Source: Cyanobacteria bacterium P01_D01_bin.156 (lineage in GTDB: Bacteria > Cyanobacteriota > Cyanobacteriia > Phormidesmidales > Phormidesmidaceae). Taken from it: a DNA stretch of 43,831 nt. A program made the position numbers and the translations under genes. Below are positions 1-8,379 of the stretch, piece by piece (position 1 is the stretch's first letter; every line of letters starts with the position of its first letter). The DNA lies in contig JBCCQQ010000053.1 of assembly GCA_039024555.1 (NCBI GenBank), positions 1 to 43,831 of the forward strand, written 5' to 3'. The notes beneath the pieces are model-generated. The model saw only the letters and a program-made list of their open reading frames with translations. It ran no database searches and was not told the DNA's origin.

Positions 1-101
1 CAGACAGCGACTGGTAATAACGCTGCATCTGGACTTCGATTTCAGCAGGATAGGACACGAGCACTTATTCTCTCAAATTACCTATTTCCCAGGTTACTCT
101 A
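1..101 (-). mobile_element. End of an ISAzo13-like insertion sequence with the 5' part of its transposase (runs off the left edge)
   Basis: The minus strand from GTG at 64 reads VLVSYPAEIEVQMQRYYQSLS..., resembling the N-terminus of cyanobacterial ISAzo13-family transposases (MQRxYQSLSEKDRRRYAA). The candidate IS terminus TAGAGTAACCTGGGAAATA starts at ~101. Not in the ORF track. Confidence 0.6.
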
Positions 102-285
102 ACCATAGAAATATGGATACTATAAAATCCTTCTTCCTAACAGTGTGCGAATAACCTCATCCTGGGGTGGTCGAAAACTGTCGTAACCCCAGATCTCCCT
201 AAAGCGTACTTCTACCTGTTGCCATGGTGTTGTAGTAACCATTCATGCCCCTGAGAACTGGCCCTAGGATGCCCCATAATACAAG

Positions 286-338
286 ACCTCTGATACTTTC
301 CTAAATCCCATATTTGGGTCCAGGCTAGTATCAGAGGT
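286..338. terminator. Long stem-loop 3' of the beta-barrel gene (terminator or mRNA-stabilising hairpin)
   Basis: Perfect 12-bp inverted repeat ACCTCTGATACT (286-297) / AGTATCAGAGGT (327-338) with an inner CCTAAAT/ATTTGGG stem, 50 nt past the stop at 388. Confidence 0.55.
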
Positions 339-387
339 TGCCATTGATTTATGTGCTGAGATACCGTGTCTTACATGTCAGGTTCTA

Positions 388-1002
388 CTAGAATAGGCCA
401 TCAATGTTGTAACCCAGGCCAATCATAAAGTGAACGGTAATGTCGTCTGCTAGGGTTACATTGCTTTGACCGTTGAGGGTAAAGCGTTCACTAAAGGGAA
501 TATCCACCCCTGCACTGACTAAAGGTGCAACGTCATCTTCTGTCGCATTAATGGCGATACCGCCGCCAACATAGGGATAAAGGCTAGCGTTTAGCACATC
601 GACAGGGGACTGAAAGTTAAATGTAATCGGTGCAAGTACGCCTACTTCATCGTTAATGATCACGCTGGGGCGCACAGCAAGCTGGGGCGCAACGCTAAAC
701 TTACTGATTACTGTTAGACCCACTTCTTCTAGGGCACCATCACCATCGCCAGTTCCTACACTGATGCCTAAACCTACAAAGTCGCTGGCTGTGCCATCAC
801 CACCGCGTACTCCTCGTTCCTGGGCAAGCTGTGGAGTCGTATCCTTTAGCTTTGCTGGATTAATCACATCGTTATTGAGACCTACATATGTCTCAGTTTG
901 AGCTTGTACAGCCATGTGTGATGTCATTAACAGCCCTAGGCTAATAGATATGGCCTTACATAGCTTTGCTGTGTCGTGTCGTAGCTGATTTTTAATAGTC
1001 AT
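388..1002 (-). CDS. Small outer-membrane beta-barrel protein
   Basis: Signal peptide ending AVQA, amphipathic beta-strand motifs (YPYVGGGIAI, SAGVDIPF, MIGLGYN) and a C-terminal Phe. Confidence 0.7.
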   Translation of the reverse strand: MTIKNQLRHDTAKLCKAISISLGLLMTSHMAVQAQTETYVGLNNDVINPAKLKDTTPQLAQERGVRGGDGTASDFVGLGISVGTGDGDGALEEVGLTVISKFSVAPQLAVRPSVIINDEVGVLAPITFNFQSPVDVLNASLYPYVGGGIAINATEDDVAPLVSAGVDIPFSERFTLNGQSNVTLADDITVHFMIGLGYNIDGLF

Positions 1003-1255
1003 TGTTTGTCACTCCTCTAACCAAAACAATTAACGTGTTTGGTCGGGCGGATTTAACTACCCGATACACCCACTGCAGTGTTGTTAAGCATGAACACGGC
1101 TATTAAAGGTATATCAAGTTTTTTCAACCTTTTGGCACAGCCCTTTGGCGTATTCTTGGTTGTGCAGCTTCAGTATAAAAAGAGCTTTAGCAAGCTATGC
1201 TCTATGCCTTAAAGGTTTTTGTATACAATTTGCTATTGCTATATGTCACCAAATC

Positions 1256-2194
1256 CTAGGCTTGCATGACATTCAGGATTTGGGCGGAGATAAAGGGCAG
1301 AATTGCTTCGTTGTTACTGTGTTCAGAACCCTCTGTAAATACAACTAACAGATAAGGATGGGCTCCATCAGCTTCAATGTAAGCCGCATCGTGACGTACT
1401 TTGCTAGTCAATCCTGCTTTGGACCATACTTGGGTCTCCATCGGTACACCGGCTCCCAAAAAGCCTGTGACCTGATTTTCAGGATCAGCAGCTAGTACCT
1501 TCGGATCTAAATCGCGAGTCATAAACCGCATCATCTTTTGGGAACGAGCTGCATTTACCGCCACACCACCAACGATGCTATGGAGTAAGCGTGCTGATGC
1601 CTCGGTGGTTAGCATATTGCGATTTTCATAGCTGTCTCCTAAAAATGCTCGCTCTCTACCATAGGGGCCATCGCACCAGGTTTTTTGGTTGGCATTGATA
1701 GTGGCGAGTTCTGGCCACTGCAGACTTTGCAGGTAGCGGTTGACGATATTACGCTGCTGCTTCCAGGTTTCAAACGGGCCGGGAGGGAGCTCAGGACCGC
1801 TGGTGGTGCCGGTTAATACGTCCATGACATATCCAGTGGCGTCATTGCTAGAGTCCACGATCATGTCTCGAATGGCGCGCTCTAGTTCTGGGCTGACCTG
1901 AGTCATGCCTCGTTCTAACCACTCGTGAATAGCTACCAAATAGAACAACTTGATAACACTGGCAGGATAAATCAGCTCCACACCTCTATAGCTGGCTCCC
2001 TTGGGCTGCTGTTTCCAGAAGTTGTCAGGGCTGAGGGCGCCGCCTGTATTGACGATATAGGGTGGCTCATAGGCCAGCCAGGTAACGGCGATTTGGTTTT
2101 GCGCCAGGTTTGGAAACCGTGCCCAGGTCAGGTCCAGCACCTGACTAAGTTGTTTTTGAAGGGCGTCGTCGGGTTGAAAAAATTTAGTGGTCAT
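1256..2194 (-). CDS. Serine hydrolase, class A beta-lactamase-like (cyanobacterial family)
   Basis: SxxK (ASVIKL), SDN-like (SSNDA) and KTG-like (SKAG) motifs. Start taken as ATG at 2194 (MTTKFF) to avoid overlapping the upstream gene. Confidence 0.85.
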   Translation of the reverse strand: MTTKFFQPDDALQKQLSQVLDLTWARFPNLAQNQIAVTWLAYEPPYIVNTGGALSPDNFWKQQPKGASYRGVELIYPASVIKLFYLVAIHEWLERGMTQVSPELERAIRDMIVDSSNDATGYVMDVLTGTTSGPELPPGPFETWKQQRNIVNRYLQSLQWPELATINANQKTWCDGPYGRERAFLGDSYENRNMLTTEASARLLHSIVGGVAVNAARSQKMMRFMTRDLDPKVLAADPENQVTGFLGAGVPMETQVWSKAGLTSKVRHDAAYIEADGAHPYLLVVFTEGSEHSNNEAILPFISAQILNVMQA

Positions 2195-2210
2195 GATTGA
2201 AATAGGTAGC

Positions 2211-2756
2211 CTACTTAAACCCTGGGTCTGTCCCTTTGCCTGCATGGACGAGGGCTAGCTGTTCGTACTTTTTGGCGTGGTCGATTAGGTCATCTATCTG
2301 TTCACTGGTGAGGGTTTTTCGAACTTTGCCAGGAACGCCGACGACTAAGGAGCCTCGGGGCACATCCTTGTTAACAACCGCACCTGCTCCGATAATGCTG
2401 CCTGCGCCGACCTGCACGCCGTTGAGGATAATGGCACCGATGCCGATTAGGCAACCGCGCTCAATATGCGCACTGTGGACAACGGCGCGATGGCCAATGG
2501 TGACATAGGCTTCGAGAATCGTGGGCTGGCCAGGGTCACCATGCAAAACTGCGCCATCTTGCACATTACTATGGGCACCAATACAAATTTGCTCGACATC
2601 GCCCCTAACAACGGCTCCGTACCAGATATTGGCTCCTTCTAGGACTTTTACATCGCCGATGACGGTTGCGTTAGGGGCGATAAAAGCTGCTTGAGAGATG
2701 TCTGGTGCAGGCCAGGTCTTGCCTGGAGAGGTGAGGATTGGGGATGGGATTTCCAC
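2211..2756 (-). CDS. Gamma carbonic anhydrase family protein (hexapeptide repeat)
   Basis: IWYGAVVRGD, NVQDGAVLH and TIGHRAVVHSA motifs with the three metal-binding His residues. Confidence 0.92.
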   Translation of the reverse strand: MEIPSPILTSPGKTWPAPDISQAAFIAPNATVIGDVKVLEGANIWYGAVVRGDVEQICIGAHSNVQDGAVLHGDPGQPTILEAYVTIGHRAVVHSAHIERGCLIGIGAIILNGVQVGAGSIIGAGAVVNKDVPRGSLVVGVPGKVRKTLTSEQIDDLIDHAKKYEQLALVHAGKGTDPGFK

Positions 2757-3119
2757 GGAATTACTTAAAAATCGTTAAGGTATCGGGGTTTTTCGCTGAA
2801 TTTTTAGTGCGGAATATCAGATTAGCTAGAATACTTTGCCCTGCTTAGGGTAGATATAAAATACGCTAGCTCACTCTCATCAAGGCTTTTGGGCTGAATA
2901 GTTGGTGTAAAGCTGCTTGGCCTTGATTCGGTAGCGATCGCACCGATAGTCACGGAGCTAACGATGCCTCCCGTTATAATAAGGCGAGTACAAGCCTAAT
3001 TGGCGTTGTCTAGGTCGCACCCTCCTGTGTTGCCGAAAAGAACGGTTTTCCTGGTCTCAAAATTGGGGTATTTGAGACTGGCCAATTTAGTTTGGGCGTC
3101 AATGTTTTGATAAAACCGC

Positions 3120-3629
3120 ATGATAAATTCTGCTTCTCAGTATCCGTTTTATGGGCCAGAGATTAAATGCCCCCACTGTCGGCAAATTATTCCGGCACTT
3201 ACGTTGACCGATAGCTACCTATGTACCCGCCACGGGGCATTTGAGGTAAGTCTTGACACCCATGATTTAGTGCATGTCCAATCGGGTCGCCATTGGCGGC
3301 AGTGGGATGGGGAGTGGTACCGGCAGCATACTCACCCAGATGGCATTCGATTTGAGATTCATGAGGCGCTGGATCGGTTATATACCGAAGGGTACCGAGC
3401 AACGCGGGTGATTATTGCAGAACGCTATCGCTCATTAGTAAAGTCCTATTTAGAGTACAGTACTCCCTGGCGTGGCCAGACCGACTCTACTAGCCCTCGC
3501 CTCTATGGTTTACCGGTTACCTTTAGCCCATCATCTAATGACGTCCCCCAGTGGGAGGTCATTAATTTTGATCTGGAAAAAGAACCTGGTGTACCCAATA
3601 ACTATCGATATCTAAAGTTTTTTGAGTAA
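3120..3629 (+). CDS. TIGR02652/DUF2396 family cyanobacterial protein
   Basis: YPFYGPEIKCPHCRQ...YLCTRHGAF and RQHTHPDGIRFEIHEALDRL signature. Divergent from the gamma-CA gene, the usual cyanobacterial arrangement. Confidence 0.85.
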   Translation: MINSASQYPFYGPEIKCPHCRQIIPALTLTDSYLCTRHGAFEVSLDTHDLVHVQSGRHWRQWDGEWYRQHTHPDGIRFEIHEALDRLYTEGYRATRVIIAERYRSLVKSYLEYSTPWRGQTDSTSPRLYGLPVTFSPSSNDVPQWEVINFDLEKEPGVPNNYRYLKFFE

Positions 3630-3654
3630 GTCGTAGTTCCGGTCATAAGCCATT

Positions 3655-4068
3655 ATGCATCATGCATCTATCCGCACGGCAGACATTCACCGGGCAATTG
3701 CTTTTTATGAGCTGCTTGGATTTGAGGTGATTGAACGATTTACCGCTGGTATAACCCTGGCCTGCTGGATGGAGGGACTGGGGGGGCGTGTTGAACTAAT
3801 CCAGGTACCCGAACCTGCACCAACGGCAGACGCCTTTAGTGATGAGCACTACACTGGGTACTATCACCTCTCCTTTGACTTGACCCAGGCGATCGACAGT
3901 TTGCCTGGTTGGTTGGAGCAGTTGCAGCAACAGGCAGTCACTCAAGGGAAATCTATAACTGTGCTTTTGGCACCTCAGCAGCAAATGATCGGGGCAAGTG
4001 TGTATGAAGTTGCTTTTATCGCTGATGCTGATGGTCTGCCACTAGAGTTTCTGCGTCGCTTAAAATAA
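3655..4068 (+). CDS. VOC (glyoxalase-like) family protein
   Basis: MHHASIRTADI, GYYHLSFD and DADGLPLE motifs. Confidence 0.88.
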   Translation: MHHASIRTADIHRAIAFYELLGFEVIERFTAGITLACWMEGLGGRVELIQVPEPAPTADAFSDEHYTGYYHLSFDLTQAIDSLPGWLEQLQQQAVTQGKSITVLLAPQQQMIGASVYEVAFIADADGLPLEFLRRLK

Positions 4069-4076
4069 TTGGCTTA

Positions 4077-5420
4077 ATGGGTTTGGTTCCGTTCGCGAAT
4101 AATTGGGCATATCTGGATATTGAGCTGGGCTGGCTTGAGCGTTTATTGCTAGTGGCCGTATCCCAACAAAAGAAAAATCTAAAATCAGTCGCGCGGGTGG
4201 CTAAAAACTCCTCGGATAAAGCGACCAGCGATTGGTGGCAAGGGCTAGTGACGATTACGACTAACCGTGCCTATGACGATACTGCCCCGAAAGCAGGTAG
4301 TGGGCCTTCTTTGGGGTATCAGAAAACCTTAGACCAGCGCATTACCCTGAGTCGAGCCAGTAAAGTGGCGTTAGGTCTGCCTGCTATGCAGACAGGGCTA
4401 GGGCTGAGTTTGTTTGAGAAAAAGCTGGTGCTGATGGCGTTAGCGCCTGAGGTACAGGTACGCTACGGCAAGCTATACCACTATTTGCAGACCGGTACTC
4501 ACTGTACCAAGGGGTCGTTGCCGACACTGGACCTGGCGTTGCGGATACTCTGTCGGAATGATGCGGAACGACGGCTAGCACGTACTCGATTGGCAGGGAG
4601 TAATTCACTTCTAGAACGGCGAGTATTACACTGTGTTGGGGAATCTTCCACATTGCTGGGTAGTCAACTGCGACTGGCAGATGAATGGATTGATTACTTA
4701 TTAGCGGAAAATCCAGATCCGAGCTGGCCCATGCGGTTTGTGATGACGGATCGTTTTGCCCAGCGCTGTCGGGTGAAAATATCATGGTCCGAGCTCGTGC
4801 TAGCGGATGCGGTCAAGACCCAGTTGGAGTTGGCCACAGCCCAGACGGCATCCAGAGTTTTGCTGGTAGGTGAGACGGGGGTGGGGAAAGACCAGGTTGC
4901 GATCGCACTTGCCGCGCATCTGAACCGTTCTCTCTACAGTCTGGACCTGACTCAAGTTCCCCAGTCTGATTGGCATGCCTGTCTCAAAGAATTAAATAAT
5001 GCCAAATATTCAATTGTGCTACTCAAGGGAGCACATCGCTGGTTAGGGCGCGCATCATCTACATCAATTGATCAGGCTCTTTTGCAAAAATGGGTTAACC
5101 AATCATCGGCACATATTGTGTGTACTGTGCAGCATCGACACTTGGTCCGTCGCCATTGGCGACATCAGCTCACTGTAATTGATGTTCCTAACCCTAACGC
5201 TGACCTACGTCTGCAGCTATGGAAACAGGCATTCCCCAACGGTGTAAAATCCATGGGCAAAGTGCGTTGGCAGACGTTAGCAGAGGTATTAGAACTGGTC
5301 CCTGGCAAAATTAAAGCTGTTGGTCAGACGGCAACTAAACTGGCTGGAAACGAATCGGTTACCATTGACCATTTGCAGCAGGCTTTAGACCAGCAAGGCT
5401 ACGCTTGGAAACTGCGCTAG
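4077..5420 (+). CDS. AAA-ATPase-like protein with a degenerate ATPase domain
   Basis: Walker A-like GETGVGKD (4869-4892), a WSELVL pre-AAA motif and an RLQLWKQAFP lid. The central region resembles the helical domain of Afp15-like ATPases. No acidic Walker B. Confidence 0.7.
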   Translation: MGLVPFANNWAYLDIELGWLERLLLVAVSQQKKNLKSVARVAKNSSDKATSDWWQGLVTITTNRAYDDTAPKAGSGPSLGYQKTLDQRITLSRASKVALGLPAMQTGLGLSLFEKKLVLMALAPEVQVRYGKLYHYLQTGTHCTKGSLPTLDLALRILCRNDAERRLARTRLAGSNSLLERRVLHCVGESSTLLGSQLRLADEWIDYLLAENPDPSWPMRFVMTDRFAQRCRVKISWSELVLADAVKTQLELATAQTASRVLLVGETGVGKDQVAIALAAHLNRSLYSLDLTQVPQSDWHACLKELNNAKYSIVLLKGAHRWLGRASSTSIDQALLQKWVNQSSAHIVCTVQHRHLVRRHWRHQLTVIDVPNPNADLRLQLWKQAFPNGVKSMGKVRWQTLAEVLELVPGKIKAVGQTATKLAGNESVTIDHLQQALDQQGYAWKLR

Positions 5421-5428
5421 CAAGCCTA

Positions 5429-6775
5429 TCAGATTTGTTTTTGAGCTTGGATAAAGCTATCTACTTCCAGCTGTAGCCATTCTTTTTCTGATAGTGATAG
5501 CGATGTCCCAAATTGGTGGCTGTATATACCAACCCTCAGGGCCAAGGTTTTCACTGGATAGTCATTTCTCAAAAATACGGTTTCCAGGACCATGCGCTCT
5601 AGGTCGTCTGCGCTGCCCTGAGCCACCTTTTGCCACAGCAAAAATTTGCGTTTTAGACAGTATTCTTGGGAGTCGATCACCAGAGAGACCCGTTCTAATA
5701 TGGTCCACAGGGTTCTCCAGGCGATACCCAATCCCACTAGCCAAAAGGGTACAAAAAATACGACTGCTGCTGCTAGCGGGAAAAATGGCAGCACGGCTAG
5801 ACCCACAAACCAAGCGATGGCATTCCAAGCCACAGCCAGGGTGACATGGCCTCGAGCCGCAGCTTTTTGGAGACCAGTAGGTGGCACGTTCAGGGATAGG
5901 TGACGTCGGTCCCTATGAAGTTGAATTCTACTGCCAGCGGGCTGTGGTGTTAGGGGCTGAAGTTCCGTGGGATCGGATAAGGCTAGGAGTGCTGCGCTGG
6001 CCGACTCAAATCGATCTTCCATCAGCGGTTCAATTAATCTATCCAGCCAGGTGGCAAACGATGGGGATAGGGAAATCACGGGGCGAAAGTCGATGGTCAA
6101 GCGTTTTTGGGGCAAATCTCCTGGGTGCTGATGGGTGAGTAGTGCCAGTAAGGTGGTGCCTAATCCATAGAGATCTGTAGTGGGAAAGGCGTTTCCCCGA
6201 AATTGTTCGGGGGCCATATAGCCAAAGGTGCCAACGACGGTGCTACCACAGGCAATAGTGTTTTGGTAAACGGTTTGAACCGCCCCAAAGTCCACTAAAA
6301 AGATACGGCCATCATCACTGCAAATGATGTTCTGGGGTTTAATGTCCCGATGAATAATTGGAGGGTTAAGACTATGGAGATATATCAGTACCTGCAGAAT
6401 TTCGGTGCCTATATGACTGGCATCGGCTTCAGAAAACCGATGGTCTGCTGCAATCATCTCGGCTAAGGATTTACCTGGGGCCAGTTCTTGAACAATATAG
6501 AAGTAGCGATCGCGTTCCGTATCTACCTGGAAATAATCTACGTATTGAGGAATTGCTGGATGGTTTAGATTCTTCAGAACCTGTGCTTCCCGCTCAAACA
6601 ATTCTAGCTTTTTCCAATCGCTCAGGCTTTTAATGGATAGCTCTTTAAGAGCTACGGAATCACCGTTGCTAGTGTCCTTAGCCATGTAGGTGATGCTGCT
6701 TCCCCCCTGGCCCAGGATCGATAGAATCCGGTAGCGATTAAGGATAATTGAACCAGATGGCTGAGCATCGTGCAT
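5429..6775 (-). CDS. Hanks-type Ser/Thr protein kinase with C-terminal transmembrane helices
   Basis: LGQGG, VALKEL, HRDIKPQN, DFG and GTFGYMAPEQ motifs, then a hydrophobic hairpin near residues 310-355. Confidence 0.93.
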   Translation of the reverse strand: MHDAQPSGSIILNRYRILSILGQGGSSITYMAKDTSNGDSVALKELSIKSLSDWKKLELFEREAQVLKNLNHPAIPQYVDYFQVDTERDRYFYIVQELAPGKSLAEMIAADHRFSEADASHIGTEILQVLIYLHSLNPPIIHRDIKPQNIICSDDGRIFLVDFGAVQTVYQNTIACGSTVVGTFGYMAPEQFRGNAFPTTDLYGLGTTLLALLTHQHPGDLPQKRLTIDFRPVISLSPSFATWLDRLIEPLMEDRFESASAALLALSDPTELQPLTPQPAGSRIQLHRDRRHLSLNVPPTGLQKAAARGHVTLAVAWNAIAWFVGLAVLPFFPLAAAVVFFVPFWLVGLGIAWRTLWTILERVSLVIDSQEYCLKRKFLLWQKVAQGSADDLERMVLETVFLRNDYPVKTLALRVGIYSHQFGTSLSLSEKEWLQLEVDSFIQAQKQI

Positions 6776-6889
6776 GGGAGACCGTCACCAGAGACTAGGT
6801 ATATCATCAACGTTCCCGAGCAAATTTCTGCTGTTACGACTTGTTTGTACGACGTTACCTAGAAAGGCTGCTGTACGTTTTACAGATAA

Positions 6890-7021
6890 ATTTCCAAAAA
6901 AAGTACCCTGCGACCCGAAGGTGCAACAGGGTAGGGGCAACAGTTAAACGCTTGTGCTGTAAACAGAATCGCTTAGATGACTGTTTTGGAGAGTTGTTCT
7001 ATGCCGGTTTTTAGAATGTCC
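6890..7021 (-). ncRNA. Putative small RNA, copy A of a tandem pair (5' end may extend to ~7140)
   Basis: Repeated at 7217-7348. Ends in hairpin TACCCTGTTGCACC-TTCG-GGTCGCAGGGTAC followed by T7 on the minus strand. No conserved coding frame. Confidence 0.6.
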
Positions 7022-7216
7022 CAAATGTGTGCGAGAAAAAGTGAGTAATATCCTCCAGGAAATCAGGAAGGTTGATGGAGGTGAATGCAGTCCAATTGTT
7101 TGAACCAAAACGGTCTGATTCCCTACCGGTGAATACGTTTCAACCCCTTATATAAGAATTCCTTTACCTTTTTTCTGATGCCTGTAAAGTCTCTGCAGGG
7201 GGTGATTAGGACTTTC

Positions 7217-7348
7217 ATTTCCAAAAAAAGTACCCTGCGACCCGAAGGTGCAACAGGGTAGGGGCAACAGTTAAACGCTTGTGCTGTAAATAGAATCGCT
7301 CAAGTGAATCTCCTCAGCAGTTGTTGTATGCCGGTTTCTAGAGTGTCC
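7217..7348 (-). ncRNA. Putative small RNA, copy B of a tandem pair
   Basis: 83/84 identity to copy A in the 3' block and 27/30 in the 5' block, with the same UUCG terminator. Confidence 0.6.
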
Positions 7349-7400
7349 ATAACCCTTGTATAGCCTTTGTTTCAAGGGTGTGACCTTTAACACGTAGAAC

Positions 7401-7416
7401 AGTGATCGAAATCACA
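7401..7416. promoter_or_regulatory. CRP-family binding site (TGTGA-N6-TCACA type)
   Basis: The minus strand reads TGTGATTTCGATCACT, versus the CRP/SyCRP1 consensus TGTGATCTAGATCACA. Confidence 0.6.
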
Positions 7417-7548
7417 TAATCTGTATTGGACGTTTTCAAAATCTATGCTTGTTTATTAAACATGGACTTAAGGTTCTAGGCTCAATAGCTCTATTTTTTG
7501 AGTAGTCTAAGGCATATTGACGGTAAAGCAAGTGCCTATACCCACTTG

Positions 7549-7592
7549 GCTCTAACATCTATGGAACCCCATGGATGTTAGAGCACTTTTTT
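7549..7592 (+). terminator. Intrinsic terminator-like hairpin
   Basis: GCTCTAACATCTATGG-AACC-CCATGGATGTTAGAGC (16-bp stem, one G-U pair on the plus strand) followed by ACTTTTTT. Confidence 0.65.
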
Positions 7593-7659
7593 ACAACCGC
7601 TAGCCTAATCTAGTGCCTGTAAGCAATGAAAGGCCTGATGCGTTGCTAATTGGCTGTTG

Positions 7660-8367
7660 TCAATTAGTGTCCGATGGAGAACCGAATCGATAGCCTTTAC
7701 CGTAAACGGTATTAATTAAAACTGCTTCGCCGTCATGTTCTACTTTGCGTCGTAACAACCGCATCTGAGCCGCTAGGGCATTACTACTGGGCTGTGTCGT
7801 TGTGCCCCAAACGGCATCATAAATCTGTTGGTGGGTGAGCAACTGATTGGGGTGTTGCATCAAATATTTCAGAATATGAGCCTCTTTTTCAGATAGCTCA
7901 ATAGTTCGTTCAGGTAGAATGCCACCACCCCGCTTCGCGATTTGATTCGCACTATCCAGGGTTAAATCGTCATACTGGAGTGTTGTTGTTTGATTCTCTT
8001 CACGAATGGGTGGTCGTCGTAATAGCGCTCTCACTCGTGCTAACAGTTCTCGCAATTCAAAGGGTTTGACTAAATAATCATCGGCACCAGCATCTAAGCC
8101 CTCCACCCGATCATCTAATGTATCTTTTGCAGTGAGAAAAAGAACTGGGGTAGTTAACTGTTGCGATCGCAACTGCCGACACATTTCCAATCCGCTTAGT
8201 CCTGGCATCATCCAGTCCAGAATCAACAAATCGAACTTACCATCCACTGCCAAGGTATAACCTGTCTCTCCATCATGGGATACCTGCACGCTATACCCTT
8301 CTCTCTGTAGTACACGACTCAGGGGGTCGGTCAGTTCCACTTCATCATCGACCAGCAAAATTTTCAT
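7660..8367 (-). CDS. manR: OmpR-family response regulator, ManR-like
   Basis: Receiver domain (LLVDDE, LILDWM, KPF) plus winged helix. ELTDPLS and PSSNALAAQMRLLRRK resemble Synechocystis ManR (Slr1837) as recalled. No cognate kinase is adjacent. Confidence 0.7.
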   Translation of the reverse strand: MKILLVDDEVELTDPLSRVLQREGYSVQVSHDGETGYTLAVDGKFDLLILDWMMPGLSGLEMCRQLRSQQLTTPVLFLTAKDTLDDRVEGLDAGADDYLVKPFELRELLARVRALLRRPPIREENQTTTLQYDDLTLDSANQIAKRGGGILPERTIELSEKEAHILKYLMQHPNQLLTHQQIYDAVWGTTTQPSSNALAAQMRLLRRKVEHDGEAVLINTVYGKGYRFGSPSDTN

Positions 8368-8379
8368 TGATGATGCGAA

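Noticed and set aside
6890..7348. CRISPR array interpretation of the direct repeats, and GTTTCAACCCC at 7137-7147 as a CRISPR repeat end
   Set aside because: Only two units, far longer than CRISPR repeats and each ending in a terminator. The GTTTCAAC word occurs once and there are no cas genes.
7300..7350. Small peptides in the repeats (minus strand MDTLETGIQQLLRRFT; plus strand MPVSRVSITLV / MPVFRMSQMCARKSE)
   Set aside because: Copy A lacks the minus-strand ATG, and all differences in the conserved block are non-synonymous in either frame. The aligned stop codon may be a by-product of ungapped RNA homology. Not fully excluded.
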